A stretch of DNA of 64,000 nucleotides from a virus (lineage: Duplodnaviria; Caudoviricetes), in the IMG/VR virus record IMGVR_UViG_3300032330_001692, positions 1 to 64,000 of that record, one strand, 5' to 3'. The notes beneath the pieces were generated by a model. That model was not told the DNA's origin and did no database searches. It worked only from the letters and a program-made list of their open reading frames with translations. The position numbers were made by a program, and so were the translations under genes. Below are positions 10,915 through 20,889 of this stretch, piece after piece (position 1 is the stretch's first letter; the number at the start of each line of letters is the position of its first letter).

Positions 10915-13900
10915 TTAAAGTCCGTAACTACCATTTTCTACGGGGGCATTTCTTGCTGCATACTCTGCCATTTGTCTGCGTTCTTCTGCAGCTGCATTTA
11001 AGGCATCGGTTTGAGCTTGCATTGCTTTAGCGTTGCTTAGTAGTTGTGCTACTTGTGTGTTAATCTGTTCTTGTAGTAGTCTGTTGGTTTCTTTTTGTGC
11101 AGCAAGTTGAGTTTGTTGAGAAGCTACAAGATCACTTACTGTTGTTGTAGGTGCTTCAGAAGTGTTCTTGATTAGCGGTCCAATTGATTTTTGAGGAACG
11201 CCAGCATCTGGCGTAGCAGCATCGGCGCTAGCAGCAGCAGCTTTTTGGTACTCTATGAGTAAATCATGATTAGTAGTAGCAATGGTTTTTAAGTAGCCAT
11301 TGCTGGTCTCAATTTCTGTGATTGTTCTTTGAGCGTCTGTTTGAGCTGTTTCTATCTTGTCTGCAACACTAGCAGTTGCTGAAGCTACTTGATTAATGAT
11401 TTCTTGAGTTTTAGGTCCGCTGGCAAACATTGTTGTAGCTTGATCTACTACTTGTTGGCCATATTTAACTACGTCTTGAGCTGCGGCATCGGCTGCTTTA
11501 CGTTGATCTGCTGTATCGCGTGGACCTTTGGCTGCTTCAATGGCTTTGTCAAAAGATCGCTGTGAACTAGCTAGTTTTTCACCAGGACTTGTTAAACTTC
11601 CAGAACCAGTTAAAATTGAACCAGCAAAATCTCTGAGTGATTTAACAGATGTTTTAACGCCTTCAATGATATCAGTTAGAGCGGTGTGTAATTTATCGTA
11701 AGCTGTTTTTTCATCTTCTAGTGCATCGATTCTGCGTTTAATAGCAGCGTCTATATCACTTAAAGCAGCATACTCTTGTTTTCTACGAGCGGCTGTAGCC
11801 TCTGCTACGCGACCCTGTGCTTCCAATAGATCGACTTGTAAACCAGCTGTTTTTTGTTGTGCTTGATTTACCTTGTCGTAGGCAGGAGCTAGTTTCAATA
11901 AGTTGGCTAATTGAGCAGCTTGACCTGGATCATTAATGTTTAAAGAAGCAATTGCAGCTTTATACTGATCTAGAGTAAGTGTGGTGGTATATCCAATTTC
12001 TTTGAAACCGTTGGATAATTCAGTTGCGTAGTAAGCGTTTTTCTCTGTTTCTGTTTGGAAAGTGTCAAAATAAAACTGTACAGCTTCTGCACCTTTTGAT
12101 AAGTCTCCGCCAAACTTATCCAAGAAAGCTTTAGATACTTGTATTTTTTGTAAGGCTCCTGCAACACCTTCTACACCTGAAATGCCTTCTTTGCCCAACA
12201 TTCTCATGCCTTGGCTGATTGTGGCAGCTTCTTTGGTTAAGCGATTTGCAGCTTCGTAGTACTCTTCACCGATTTGTGTAAACTCTTTAATATAAGGCAT
12301 TGTGGCTAAGGTTGCCTGATTCATCTTTACGCTAAGTTCATTCATTACAGCTGTGGCGTATTCTGTTGCAGTCATTTCTCCGCGAACCACATCTAAAGTA
12401 ATTTTACCAATGTCTTTTAAAGCTGTTTCGACTCTTGCAGAGCCACCCTCTAGTCCTTTGGCAGTTAGCAACAGAGCGGCTTTCCAATTCTTGAATATAC
12501 CTTCTAGTGCTTCTCTGCCAGCAGCACCAAGATCTTGAGCAGTTCTATAAGAATTTGAGCTGCCAAAAAGTCCTGTGCCAAACAGACCGGTATCTTCTAC
12601 AGTTACGTTTGCATAAATTTCTGCAACTGCTCCGTTGATGCCTTCTGTTAATGAAGTTAACTGATCAAGGGTACCTTCTACATATAGTCCAGCTCTGTCA
12701 ATGGTAGTAGTAGTTTTACCAAATATAGCGCCTATCAGCCCTCCGCCATCAGTGCCTTCTTTGATTCCCAGAATATCACCGCCGGTAAAGAAACCTGCTT
12801 GTTCAAGCATGGCTTTTGCTAGCCCCTTGGTGTTGTCATCAATTGCTTTCAAGTATTTGATTAAGTTACTGCTTTCAGAGTCTAGAGAGTCGAAGAAAGT
12901 TTCACCCAATAAATCAATAGACTTTGAAAGCGACTCGGCTTTTGCCATGGGATCACCTACAACACCACCTTCACGAGCTACCAGCTTGTTGTCGCTGTTG
13001 TATTCCATGCCGGTTCCTGAGGCCTTGGCAAGACTTGCTTCACTTGGCCCTGAGTAGCCGCCACTTGCACCACCCATGCCTGCAATTGCCGCAACGACGG
13101 CCGCTGCTGCTGCCCAGCCCCAAGGTCCCATTATTTCACTAAACCTAGCAAAAATTCCAGGTGTTGCTGTTGCAGTGGTTTGTACCATTAAACCTTCGTT
13201 GATGGCCATTTCTGAGGCAGCGGCTGTTGCAGTTGCTGCAACGCCTGATTCTGCTGTAAAGATTTTGGCAAATAACTTTTTACCTTCAGTATATAAAGTA
13301 CTAATAAGTTCTTTGTTATCATCGTAAAGTTTCTTCAAGTGCATTACTTTTTCTACGGCTTCAATGGCTTTGTAACCTTTGGACTTTTCACTGAACAACT
13401 TCTTAGTGGAACCAAGAAGTTTTAAGTTCTTGTCCTCTTCGAGTTTAGCTGTTTTAGTGTTGTACTTGGTTTCTAGAGCTAGTTTTTCTCTGATGCCGTC
13501 TTCTTGTGCTTTGGCTACGTCTTCTTCGCTTCCTAAACTGGACATTGCATTTATTTGATCTGCTGTTTTAATTTCTAAGTCTAATTTATCTTTAGCGTAT
13601 TGTTTGTCAAGTTCAATTCTTTTATTAACGTTATCTTGAGTAACTTGGAGAATACCTACTAAACCATCTCCAAATCTCTTTCCAATATCACCAAATACTA
13701 TTCCTAAACTTTCTGCAGTGCTTATCAAAGAATCCATGGCTGTTTTTTGGCCTTCTAACAGCTTATTATGATCTGCTTGTTCTAGTTTTTGCTGTCTGGT
13801 GAGTTCAATGGCTCTGGTTCTTTGAACATTACCTTGAGCTAGCGCAGTGTTTTGTAAGTCGTAATAATCATTTTCTCTTTTTAATTCGGTTGTTTTATTT

Positions 13901-16900
13901 TTCTCAAGATCTGCTTTGCCAGTAGTATCTGTGGGTGCTAACAAACCTTTAGCTGATTCGTATTTATTTTCAATGCCGCTGGTAGCGCGAGCTCTTTCTA
14001 CAGCTATTTTAGCGGCTTCTTGAGCATAGGCTAATCTTTGTTGCTCAACTGCTATGTTAGCCTCTTCTTTTGCGTACAGCGATTCACTGATTCTGCCAAT
14101 GGCTTGCTTATAGTCTAATTCTGCTTTTAAACCTTCTAATCGCTGCTTTTGAATATCAACACCTAAAGCATCCATTTTCATGGTGTTGTCTTGATCTCTG
14201 ATTTGTTTATTCAGTACAAATGATCGAGTTTCTAAGTCTTGTTTGGCTTTTAGATTTTTTAACTGGTCTTCTCCATCGGCTACGCGTTTTCTTTCCAGTT
14301 CTTCCATTTTGGTTAATTCTGCTTTGGCATTCTTGTTGCCGGCGTCAGCAGATATTTTTTGTTTGTTGTATTCTTCTTGATACTTAACTCGTTCTTGTTC
14401 CAGTTTATTTATTAATAAACTTTCTTCTTTAGATTGTACTTGTTTAAGGTAACTATCATTTTCTAGACCAACCGCTTCTTTTAGTATCTGAGCTCTGGTT
14501 TTGGCAGTTTCTAAAGCTCGTGCTTTGGTGTTTAAGTCTTTAATTGCTCCCGCACTTTTTTCTCCTTCTTCACCTACAGCGTTTGTTTGCACAGCACCTT
14601 TTGCTCGTGCTCTTTGTTCGGCTTGAGCGGCAGCTACTCCTGCTAAAGCTTGCACAGACTTTAGTATGCCGCTTAGTCTTGCTGCATCCTCTCCGCCACC
14701 AGGCTTACCGGAAGCTTCAGTGATTTTTGCAACTATATCCGAGATCGTTTTTTCCGGATTTTTCTGAGCTGCAGCTAAAAATCCACTTCTTTCTTCTTGA
14801 ATTTTCTTGGCTTTTTCGTACGCGGTGTCTGCTTCTGATCTTGCGCGCGTGCCCTCAGCACTTTGACTAGCAAGCTGTTGTAGTCTAATTAAATTGGATT
14901 TTTCTTCTGTGTCTTTTAAATCATTTGTTGCTTGTATTAAACTTAACTGAACGTCTATTACCCGATTTTGTAGTGCAATATCTTGCATAGTAGTTCTAAA
15001 CTGTTCAGCTGCTACACCTTGTCCAGATGCTCCTATTATACGAGTCTGTTCCATGCTAAGGGCTGCTTTTGCAAAGGCTGTGCTTATAGAGCTTTGAATT
15101 TCTTTAGCACCTAGTTCCAAGCTTTTTATTAAACCTTCTGGAAGTGTTTTAGCAGCTAGTGTAGATGCGTCACTGTTTGCTTTTGCTAATATTGTTTCTA
15201 GCCTATCGCCCTCTTGTTTTAGTTTATCAAGGGTTTCTTGTGCTTTGAGTACACTTTCTTGCCCTGATCTAGTTCTTGCTCTTTGAATATCTTCTCTATA
15301 ACCGCTATCATTCTTTTTTTGTGCTAAATTTAAAGATGCTTCTTTTATTAATGCAGTATTTTTTGCTTGTTCAATAGTAGTTTGACCTATTACCTTATTA
15401 ATAGCTTCAAAATCTGCTCTGGCGTTAACTATAGCATCTCGGTCGCTGGGACTCAGCAGCGACAGTTTTTTGCTGTCTTGTAGAATTGCATTGATTTCTC
15501 TGAATTTTTCTAAAGGATCTTTCATTGCATCTGAAAAACCTATAGAAATATCTATAAGTAAAGTTCCTAGTTTTGCTATATTATCTTGCGGTAAAAAGTT
15601 ATTAGTTATAGTTTGCAGTATATCACCTGCTTGTTTAAAATTATCACTTAAAACAAGGGAAGTATCTGATGTACTTTTTATTTTTGTTTGTAGAGACGTA
15701 ATTATATTTGCTACTGCTTCTACATTACTTGGATTTATTTCAAACGCTTTCCTCAAGCTTTCTTTGTTAGTATCCGTTATATTCAGTATACGCATAACAT
15801 CAGCTTTAGCTGCTGCAGTTCTAGGATCACTTGCTGCTAACTCTAAACCAGTACTAACTGATTCAGACATGCTTTTAGCTAAATTTTTAACACTGCCACC
15901 GCCAAAGATTAAGGCTTTCAATCTATCTTTTTTATCATCCCAACTACCTGGAGCAGTTGCTTGTTTAAACTTATTATAATCTTGAATGGCAGTATTGGTA
16001 CTAGTAACTACGCCTTCCAAAGCATTTGATATTTGCTGTAAACTAGCAATTGATCCAACTTTTTCAGCAGGTTTATTTAAAATATTTTTTAGTGTAGCAG
16101 ACGCATTTTTTGCTGATTCATCTACGGCAACTAAAGAAGAATTAAGGGTATCTAATGCTTCGCCATTTTTTGACAGAAAAAGATCGAGCAGTGTTATGGC
16201 CCCTGTAACAATAGTAATCCAAATATTTAAATAACTTATAATTGAAGCTATAGTAGTTGTTAAAGCAATAAATGCCGCAGTACCTGCAGTTCTAAAAGCA
16301 TTTATACCTCTTACACCCTTTTCATCCATGTCTTTGTATACCTTGGACATGGCTGCTCCGAATCCTAAAGCTTGTGTAGTAGGTACTACATCTGATAGTA
16401 CAGTCAATCTAGCATCTTTGGCTGAAGCTTGAGAGTATTGTTTTGCTTGTCTAGCCTCTAAACTACCAAATCTTACTTTGGTATCCGCCTCTTCCTGTAC
16501 TTTGGCACGTGCATCTGCAAGTTGATTAGTAATTTTATTTCTTTCAACTAGCAATTGTTTGGATTTTTCTAAATTTGTTAAATCCATCTGATGAGCAGCT
16601 AAAGTTTTCTTACTTTGTTCATCAGTTGCGTTACCCATATCTTTTATGGCTTGCTGTTTGGCTTTGATAGCAGTCGTGAGTGAATTAGTACTTTTTAACT
16701 CTGCTACCCTACCTTCAGCTAATAATTTACCGGTTTTTGTAGCTTGTAGCTCTGGACTTACCGCGGTTTTATCTGCTAAACTTGTATTAATACCAGCCAG
16801 CTTTTCTTCTAGCTGCGGTACTTTAAATTTAGCCTCTCTTTTGGCTACAAAGTTTTCACCAAAAGAAGTTTTAAGTTCTTCTGCTGTTTTCTTTGCTTGA

Positions 16901-17937
16901 GCGGCTGCATCTTTAAGTCCCGATCTCCATTGACTTAAAGCAGGTAGAAGGCTTGGTATTAACTTTACACCAATAAGAGCAATAGCTCCTGACAGAAGGG
17001 TTGTGCTTTCCGAAAATACTTTTGCAATAGGAGCTATAAAAGTATTTGCAAAACTTAAACTAGTCTGTAAAATATTTGCCAAAGAAGCTGCCAGCTTAGC
17101 ATATGGATTAGACTCAATGGAAATAGCTCCATATTTATCATTAAGTTGACCTAGTGCCTCTTGTGCAAATGCTGCACGTTTTTGAACGTTAGTTAAAGAA
17201 TTAGCAGAAACGCCTAAAGATTTAGCATATTTTGCCGAAGCTTCATCAATGCTAATGAATAACCCTAATTCATCTAATAGTTCAGGCTCTAGTTTGGCAA
17301 CACCTCTGATTAATCTATTTAAAGCATCGCCCATGTCTAAACCTAGAGTTTGGCTGGCGCTTTTTGCTCCTTTGGTTAATGCTTCTAATGTTTTTGCTGA
17401 CATGCCTGAAGAAGCTGCTTTAGTGGTAGCCTCCATGGCTTGTCGCATGGAAATAGAGCCTTCTGTAATATCGTATATGCGTTTGCTTAGTGTACCTAAA
17501 TTTTTACCACTGGCTGCGCCTAGCTGATCTAAACCTTTGATCATGTTGGTGGTATTCATGGCATCGCTTAAAACTTTAAATGCGGCTGCTGCTGCATAAG
17601 TATTAGCGGCTAAGGTTGCATATAAACGTACTAGTCCGCCTAAACCTTGGGATTCGGCTGCAAAATTTCTGGCAGAGGCACCCGTAACTCCAGCCACTGC
17701 ACGCTGTGCAGCGTATTCTTGACCTGAAGCTCTTTCTGATACGGCTCGGCTGCCTGCAGTACCTCCTACAGACCCACGGCCGCCGGCAGCCCCACCCATG
17801 CCTGCAGAGCTGCCAGTTCGACCCATAGCAGAGCCAGCAGCGGTTAAATTATCTTTGATTGTTTGACTTTTCTGAACTGCAGGATCCATGCCCTGACTGG
17901 CTATTTGTAAGTCAATTTTTACTGTATTATCTGCCAT
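10915..17937 (-). CDS. Tape measure protein (2340 aa)
   Basis: Long Ala/Lys-rich helical protein; T5 pb2-like N-terminus (GLVRLYATLAAN, KLEPELLDELG); follows the tail chaperones. Confidence 0.9.
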   Translation of the reverse strand: MADNTVKIDLQIASQGMDPAVQKSQTIKDNLTAAGSAMGRTGSSAGMGGAAGGRGSVGGTAGSRAVSERASGQEYAAQRAVAGVTGASARNFAAESQGLGGLVRLYATLAANTYAAAAAFKVLSDAMNTTNMIKGLDQLGAASGKNLGTLSKRIYDITEGSISMRQAMEATTKAASSGMSAKTLEALTKGAKSASQTLGLDMGDALNRLIRGVAKLEPELLDELGLFISIDEASAKYAKSLGVSANSLTNVQKRAAFAQEALGQLNDKYGAISIESNPYAKLAASLANILQTSLSFANTFIAPIAKVFSESTTLLSGAIALIGVKLIPSLLPALSQWRSGLKDAAAQAKKTAEELKTSFGENFVAKREAKFKVPQLEEKLAGINTSLADKTAVSPELQATKTGKLLAEGRVAELKSTNSLTTAIKAKQQAIKDMGNATDEQSKKTLAAHQMDLTNLEKSKQLLVERNKITNQLADARAKVQEEADTKVRFGSLEARQAKQYSQASAKDARLTVLSDVVPTTQALGFGAAMSKVYKDMDEKGVRGINAFRTAGTAAFIALTTTIASIISYLNIWITIVTGAITLLDLFLSKNGEALDTLNSSLVAVDESAKNASATLKNILNKPAEKVGSIASLQQISNALEGVVTSTNTAIQDYNKFKQATAPGSWDDKKDRLKALIFGGGSVKNLAKSMSESVSTGLELAASDPRTAAAKADVMRILNITDTNKESLRKAFEINPSNVEAVANIITSLQTKIKSTSDTSLVLSDNFKQAGDILQTITNNFLPQDNIAKLGTLLIDISIGFSDAMKDPLEKFREINAILQDSKKLSLLSPSDRDAIVNARADFEAINKVIGQTTIEQAKNTALIKEASLNLAQKKNDSGYREDIQRARTRSGQESVLKAQETLDKLKQEGDRLETILAKANSDASTLAAKTLPEGLIKSLELGAKEIQSSISTAFAKAALSMEQTRIIGASGQGVAAEQFRTTMQDIALQNRVIDVQLSLIQATNDLKDTEEKSNLIRLQQLASQSAEGTRARSEADTAYEKAKKIQEERSGFLAAAQKNPEKTISDIVAKITEASGKPGGGEDAARLSGILKSVQALAGVAAAQAEQRARAKGAVQTNAVGEEGEKSAGAIKDLNTKARALETAKTRAQILKEAVGLENDSYLKQVQSKEESLLINKLEQERVKYQEEYNKQKISADAGNKNAKAELTKMEELERKRVADGEDQLKNLKAKQDLETRSFVLNKQIRDQDNTMKMDALGVDIQKQRLEGLKAELDYKQAIGRISESLYAKEEANIAVEQQRLAYAQEAAKIAVERARATSGIENKYESAKGLLAPTDTTGKADLEKNKTTELKRENDYYDLQNTALAQGNVQRTRAIELTRQQKLEQADHNKLLEGQKTAMDSLISTAESLGIVFGDIGKRFGDGLVGILQVTQDNVNKRIELDKQYAKDKLDLEIKTADQINAMSSLGSEEDVAKAQEDGIREKLALETKYNTKTAKLEEDKNLKLLGSTKKLFSEKSKGYKAIEAVEKVMHLKKLYDDNKELISTLYTEGKKLFAKIFTAESGVAATATAAASEMAINEGLMVQTTATATPGIFARFSEIMGPWGWAAAAAVVAAIAGMGGASGGYSGPSEASLAKASGTGMEYNSDNKLVAREGGVVGDPMAKAESLSKSIDLLGETFFDSLDSESSNLIKYLKAIDDNTKGLAKAMLEQAGFFTGGDILGIKEGTDGGGLIGAIFGKTTTTIDRAGLYVEGTLDQLTSLTEGINGAVAEIYANVTVEDTGLFGTGLFGSSNSYRTAQDLGAAGREALEGIFKNWKAALLLTAKGLEGGSARVETALKDIGKITLDVVRGEMTATEYATAVMNELSVKMNQATLATMPYIKEFTQIGEEYYEAANRLTKEAATISQGMRMLGKEGISGVEGVAGALQKIQVSKAFLDKFGGDLSKGAEAVQFYFDTFQTETEKNAYYATELSNGFKEIGYTTTLTLDQYKAAIASLNINDPGQAAQLANLLKLAPAYDKVNQAQQKTAGLQVDLLEAQGRVAEATAARRKQEYAALSDIDAAIKRRIDALEDEKTAYDKLHTALTDIIEGVKTSVKSLRDFAGSILTGSGSLTSPGEKLASSQRSFDKAIEAAKGPRDTADQRKAADAAAQDVVKYGQQVVDQATTMFASGPKTQEIINQVASATASVADKIETAQTDAQRTITEIETSNGYLKTIATTNHDLLIEYQKAAAASADAATPDAGVPQKSIGPLIKNTSEAPTTTVSDLVASQQTQLAAQKETNRLLQEQINTQVAQLLSNAKAMQAQTDALNAAAEERRQMAEYAARNAPVENGSYGL

Positions 17938-17991
17938 ATGTTCTCCTGGCGTTTCAGTACCGGAATTCGTGTACTCTTTGCTGACCCCACT

Positions 17992-18020
17992 ATTATAACA
18001 CTAAGGGTTTGTTGAGTCAA
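17992..18020 (-). promoter_or_regulatory. Late promoter upstream of tape measure
   Basis: TTGACT-N17-TATAAT on the minus strand. Confidence 0.7.
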
Positions 18021-18043
18021 CGGTGTATTTTTCATGCAGGCAC

Positions 18044-18070
18044 AAAAAAGCCCCCTTGCGGAGGCTTTTT
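18044..18070. terminator. Intrinsic terminator after tail chaperones
   Basis: AAAAAAGCCCCC-TTGC-GGAGGCTTTTT hairpin with A/T tails. Confidence 0.7.
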
Positions 18071-18449
18071 ATTTTTTGGGTTTTTTGTCTTGAATCTGCT
18101 TTGCACGCAGCTGGTCTATGTAAACTATGAGTTCGTATAAACGGCTCTGATCTTCCTGCGGAATTTGATACATTTGCAACACACTACCAAAGTAGCTCAA
18201 ATTTTTGCCAATGTAATTGCCTCCCATGTAGTCCCAAGAATCTTGCAGTGTATTATACAACTGCAAAGCTTCTTGTACTTCAAGTGGAAGATCCTCGTAT
18301 TCGACTGGAATTTCTTCCTCTACAGGCTCCGAACCCATCATTTCACACATTTCAAAATACTGTTGCTGAGTCATGCCCAAGCCAGTATTCAGAAAGTATG
18401 ATTTGAGTTGTTCGCTTACTTCTTCACGCTGCTGTTCTGAAAGTTTCCC
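18069..18449 (-). CDS. Tail assembly chaperone, frameshifted C-terminal part (gpT-like)
   Basis: Entered in the -1 frame at slippery heptamer GGGAAAC (18443-18449). Confidence 0.75.
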   Translation of the reverse strand, partial: GKLSEQQREEVSEQLKSYFLNTGLGMTQQQYFEMCEMMGSEPVEEEIPVEYEDLPLEVQEALQLYNTLQDSWDYMGGNYIGKNLSYFGSVLQMYQIPQEDQSRLYELIVYIDQLRAKQIQDKKPKK

Positions 18450-18841
18450 AGGTCGGTTACCTGTTCTGATACCCAAGAGTCAAAGTTAGCCGATGACTTC
18501 ATCAAGAAAAGGGCGTTGTCTTCTGAATATTCCAGTTCTGCGTCCATGTCTTTTTGTGCTGACAAATCAACAGGTGCTAGTTGTTCTAGGTAAGATAGCT
18601 TGAAGCCTTTCCAGCCCTTGATACATGCTTGCACGTATAGTTGCAGGAATAGTTCATCATTCAGTTCTTCGGTAGCCTGACGATTCTTAAACGAAGTTTT
18701 TGTAGCCTTTTTACGAATCGAGACCAAAGTCTCGCGGCTTAGGAAGCTTAGCTCTACAGTAAATCCTGGAAAACCAGGGAATTCTGCTTCAACGGTTTTG
18801 CTTGGAACTAAAAGTGACTTTAATGATAGGGAAACTGACAT
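18416..18841 (-). CDS. Tail assembly chaperone (gpG-like)
   Basis: Between major tail gene and tape measure; start MSVSLS with AAGGA RBS; ends DLGNF at the slippery site. Confidence 0.8.
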   Translation of the reverse strand: MSVSLSLKSLLVPSKTVEAEFPGFPGFTVELSFLSRETLVSIRKKATKTSFKNRQATEELNDELFLQLYVQACIKGWKGFKLSYLEQLAPVDLSAQKDMDAELEYSEDNALFLMKSSANFDSWVSEQVTDLGNFQNSSVKK

Positions 18842-18906
18842 GGATTTTATCCTTTTGTAATAGAGAAAAAGAGGAGGGGGGATCAATCCCCTCCTGGAAA
18901 ACTAGA

Positions 18907-20376
18907 TTAAGCTGCTGCGAAGTAGCGAACCAGCAAGTCCGAAGGCTTGGTTAGGTCGAATAAGTTGTTGGCAGCGGTAGCACTTGGAATGTATCCTTGT
19001 GCTGTAAAGTTAATTGTAGTAGATACGATCTGCTGAACGTCAATGGCAGGAATACCCAGAGTAATTGAAGGCATCTCTAGGGTTACTCTTGTAGAGCCCG
19101 CTCCACCGATGTTGATACTTAAAGCAAACATAGGTTCTACTGTGGTACCTGATTCAGCCAGCAAGTCAGCTAATAGTTCGCCGGTTTCTTTAACAGTACC
19201 AGTACGCAGATATGCGTTTAAAGTACCAGTAATAGCACGAGTACCAGTGTAGTAGGTAACAGGTGCATTTACAATACCCAAGTTAGCAGGAGTAATGTAG
19301 TTGATGTTGTTGTTTAAGGTGAAACTGCCACCTGTGATAGGAATAACATAAGCATCTGCAGCTGCAATGCTGTTGCCCAGAGCTTTAACTGCTGTTAGAG
19401 TAACAGTGCTCAACTTGTTTGTGATGTATTGAGCCGCAGTATCTTTGGCTTGATATGCTGCTGAGGTGCCTACGTCTGTGGTTGTACCATTTGAGAAAGC
19501 ACCGCCTGTGGCTGTTACAGCTGTTGAGAACTGACGCAGAGCCGTAGCTTGACCTGTCCACTGAGCTGTAGCAATTGAGTCTAAGCCAAAATCAACTGTT
19601 ACTTGGTTTAGGGCGCAGTTATCAACAGCATACAGTACGTTGTCTACTAAGAATAGTAGTCCGAATTTTTGTAGTTGATTTTTTTCACTGGTACCAGCAG
19701 AAGCTTGGCTAAATGTACTGTTTGATTCAACCCATGAAGATTTAGAGTACTTTACAGTGCTGGCAGTTCCCAAAGTAGCTGTTGCGGCTACAGCGGCATG
19801 ATTGTACAGCTGAATGGTAACACCACCTACAGCACTAGCAGTAACCACACCGGCTGAGCAAATGTACTTTTCTTGGCCGGTAACTGAAGTAGTGCCTGTG
19901 ATACCGCTCAGAGTGATAACATCACCTACAGCAGGCAGAGTACCTGAGATAGCTGTACCGGCAATAGTTACAATGCCAGTAGCGGCTAAAGTTACGCCAC
20001 TTACAGCAGTTAAACTCACAGGTGTAGTAATTGCTTGGTCGCTTAGTAGGGCATTCCACAAAACTGATTCTTCGGCAGTAATTTTTGTGCTTTGATTACG
20101 TGGACGAAGATAAGTAGAGAATGAGAAGTCAACAGGAGCCAGCGAGGTATTGAATGAGCGCTGACCGCGTACAGGACTACTACCTGCTTCTGTAATTGTG
20201 ATTGTTTCTGCGTTTACGTTCTGTGAGAAGGTAAACCCATCAAGAACTTGAATTTCTTGAGTATTAGTTGAAGAGAAAGGGTTTACACCTGCACCTGCAG
20301 CTAGAATAACCCCTGTGGTAGTATTTACATTGGTAGTAAAGAATACCTTACTATTACGTACTAAATTTAATGCCAT
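18907..20376 (-). CDS. Major tail tube protein (T5 pb6-like)
   Basis: L.RNSKVFFTT, VLDGFTFSQ, RGQRSFNTSLAP..FSFSTYLRP, NNNINYITP.NLG motifs. Confidence 0.85.
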   Translation of the reverse strand: MALNLVRNSKVFFTTNVNTTTGVILAAGAGVNPFSSTNTQEIQVLDGFTFSQNVNAETITITEAGSSPVRGQRSFNTSLAPVDFSFSTYLRPRNQSTKITAEESVLWNALLSDQAITTPVSLTAVSGVTLAATGIVTIAGTAISGTLPAVGDVITLSGITGTTSVTGQEKYICSAGVVTASAVGGVTIQLYNHAAVAATATLGTASTVKYSKSSWVESNSTFSQASAGTSEKNQLQKFGLLFLVDNVLYAVDNCALNQVTVDFGLDSIATAQWTGQATALRQFSTAVTATGGAFSNGTTTDVGTSAAYQAKDTAAQYITNKLSTVTLTAVKALGNSIAAADAYVIPITGGSFTLNNNINYITPANLGIVNAPVTYYTGTRAITGTLNAYLRTGTVKETGELLADLLAESGTTVEPMFALSINIGGAGSTRVTLEMPSITLGIPAIDVQQIVSTTINFTAQGYIPSATAANNLFDLTKPSDLLVRYFAAA

Positions 20377-20454
20377 GACATTTCCTTTTTTGGTTTTTTG
20401 GCATCTTGAATTGCGTTGCTAGACTTTTATCTGCAGTGCCTTTCGGTGCCGGAT

Positions 20455-20889
20455 TTACTGAAGTGCATAACGCACCTGTAAGTTTATTTCTCCAACAGCG
20501 TACGGTGCTAGGAGCCCTTCGTCTGTTGTAATTGAAGAGATTAAAATCTCTGTGGTTTCGTGGCCCAAGTCATCGTATTGCAACACACGATTTTGGTCTA
20601 TGCAAGTTTCTAAATCTTCTAGCAGGTTTTCTAAGAGCTGCTGCGCGTCTTCGCCTTTGCAGTACGCTTTGATAGAAACACCTAAATAAGCCCAAGTAAA
20701 GTCACCGGGCAGGTATTCTCGCGATTCTGAGCCGGGTGACATATATACTGCAGGAAAGTCTTGAACTTCGTCCCAGAATTTAAGCTTGGGGTAAGCATTG
20801 TTAGACAAGTTCGTCTTATACACACCAGTACCATTGATCAGTTTAAACTTTTCGGCTAAGGCTTTTACTATTGATGTTCTACGACTCAT
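20455..20889 (-). CDS. Tail terminator (T5 p142-like)
   Basis: LKFWDEV.DFP, SITTDEGLL.PY.VGEI motifs; synteny. Confidence 0.8.
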   Translation of the reverse strand: MSRRTSIVKALAEKFKLINGTGVYKTNLSNNAYPKLKFWDEVQDFPAVYMSPGSESREYLPGDFTWAYLGVSIKAYCKGEDAQQLLENLLEDLETCIDQNRVLQYDDLGHETTEILISSITTDEGLLAPYAVGEINLQVRYALQ

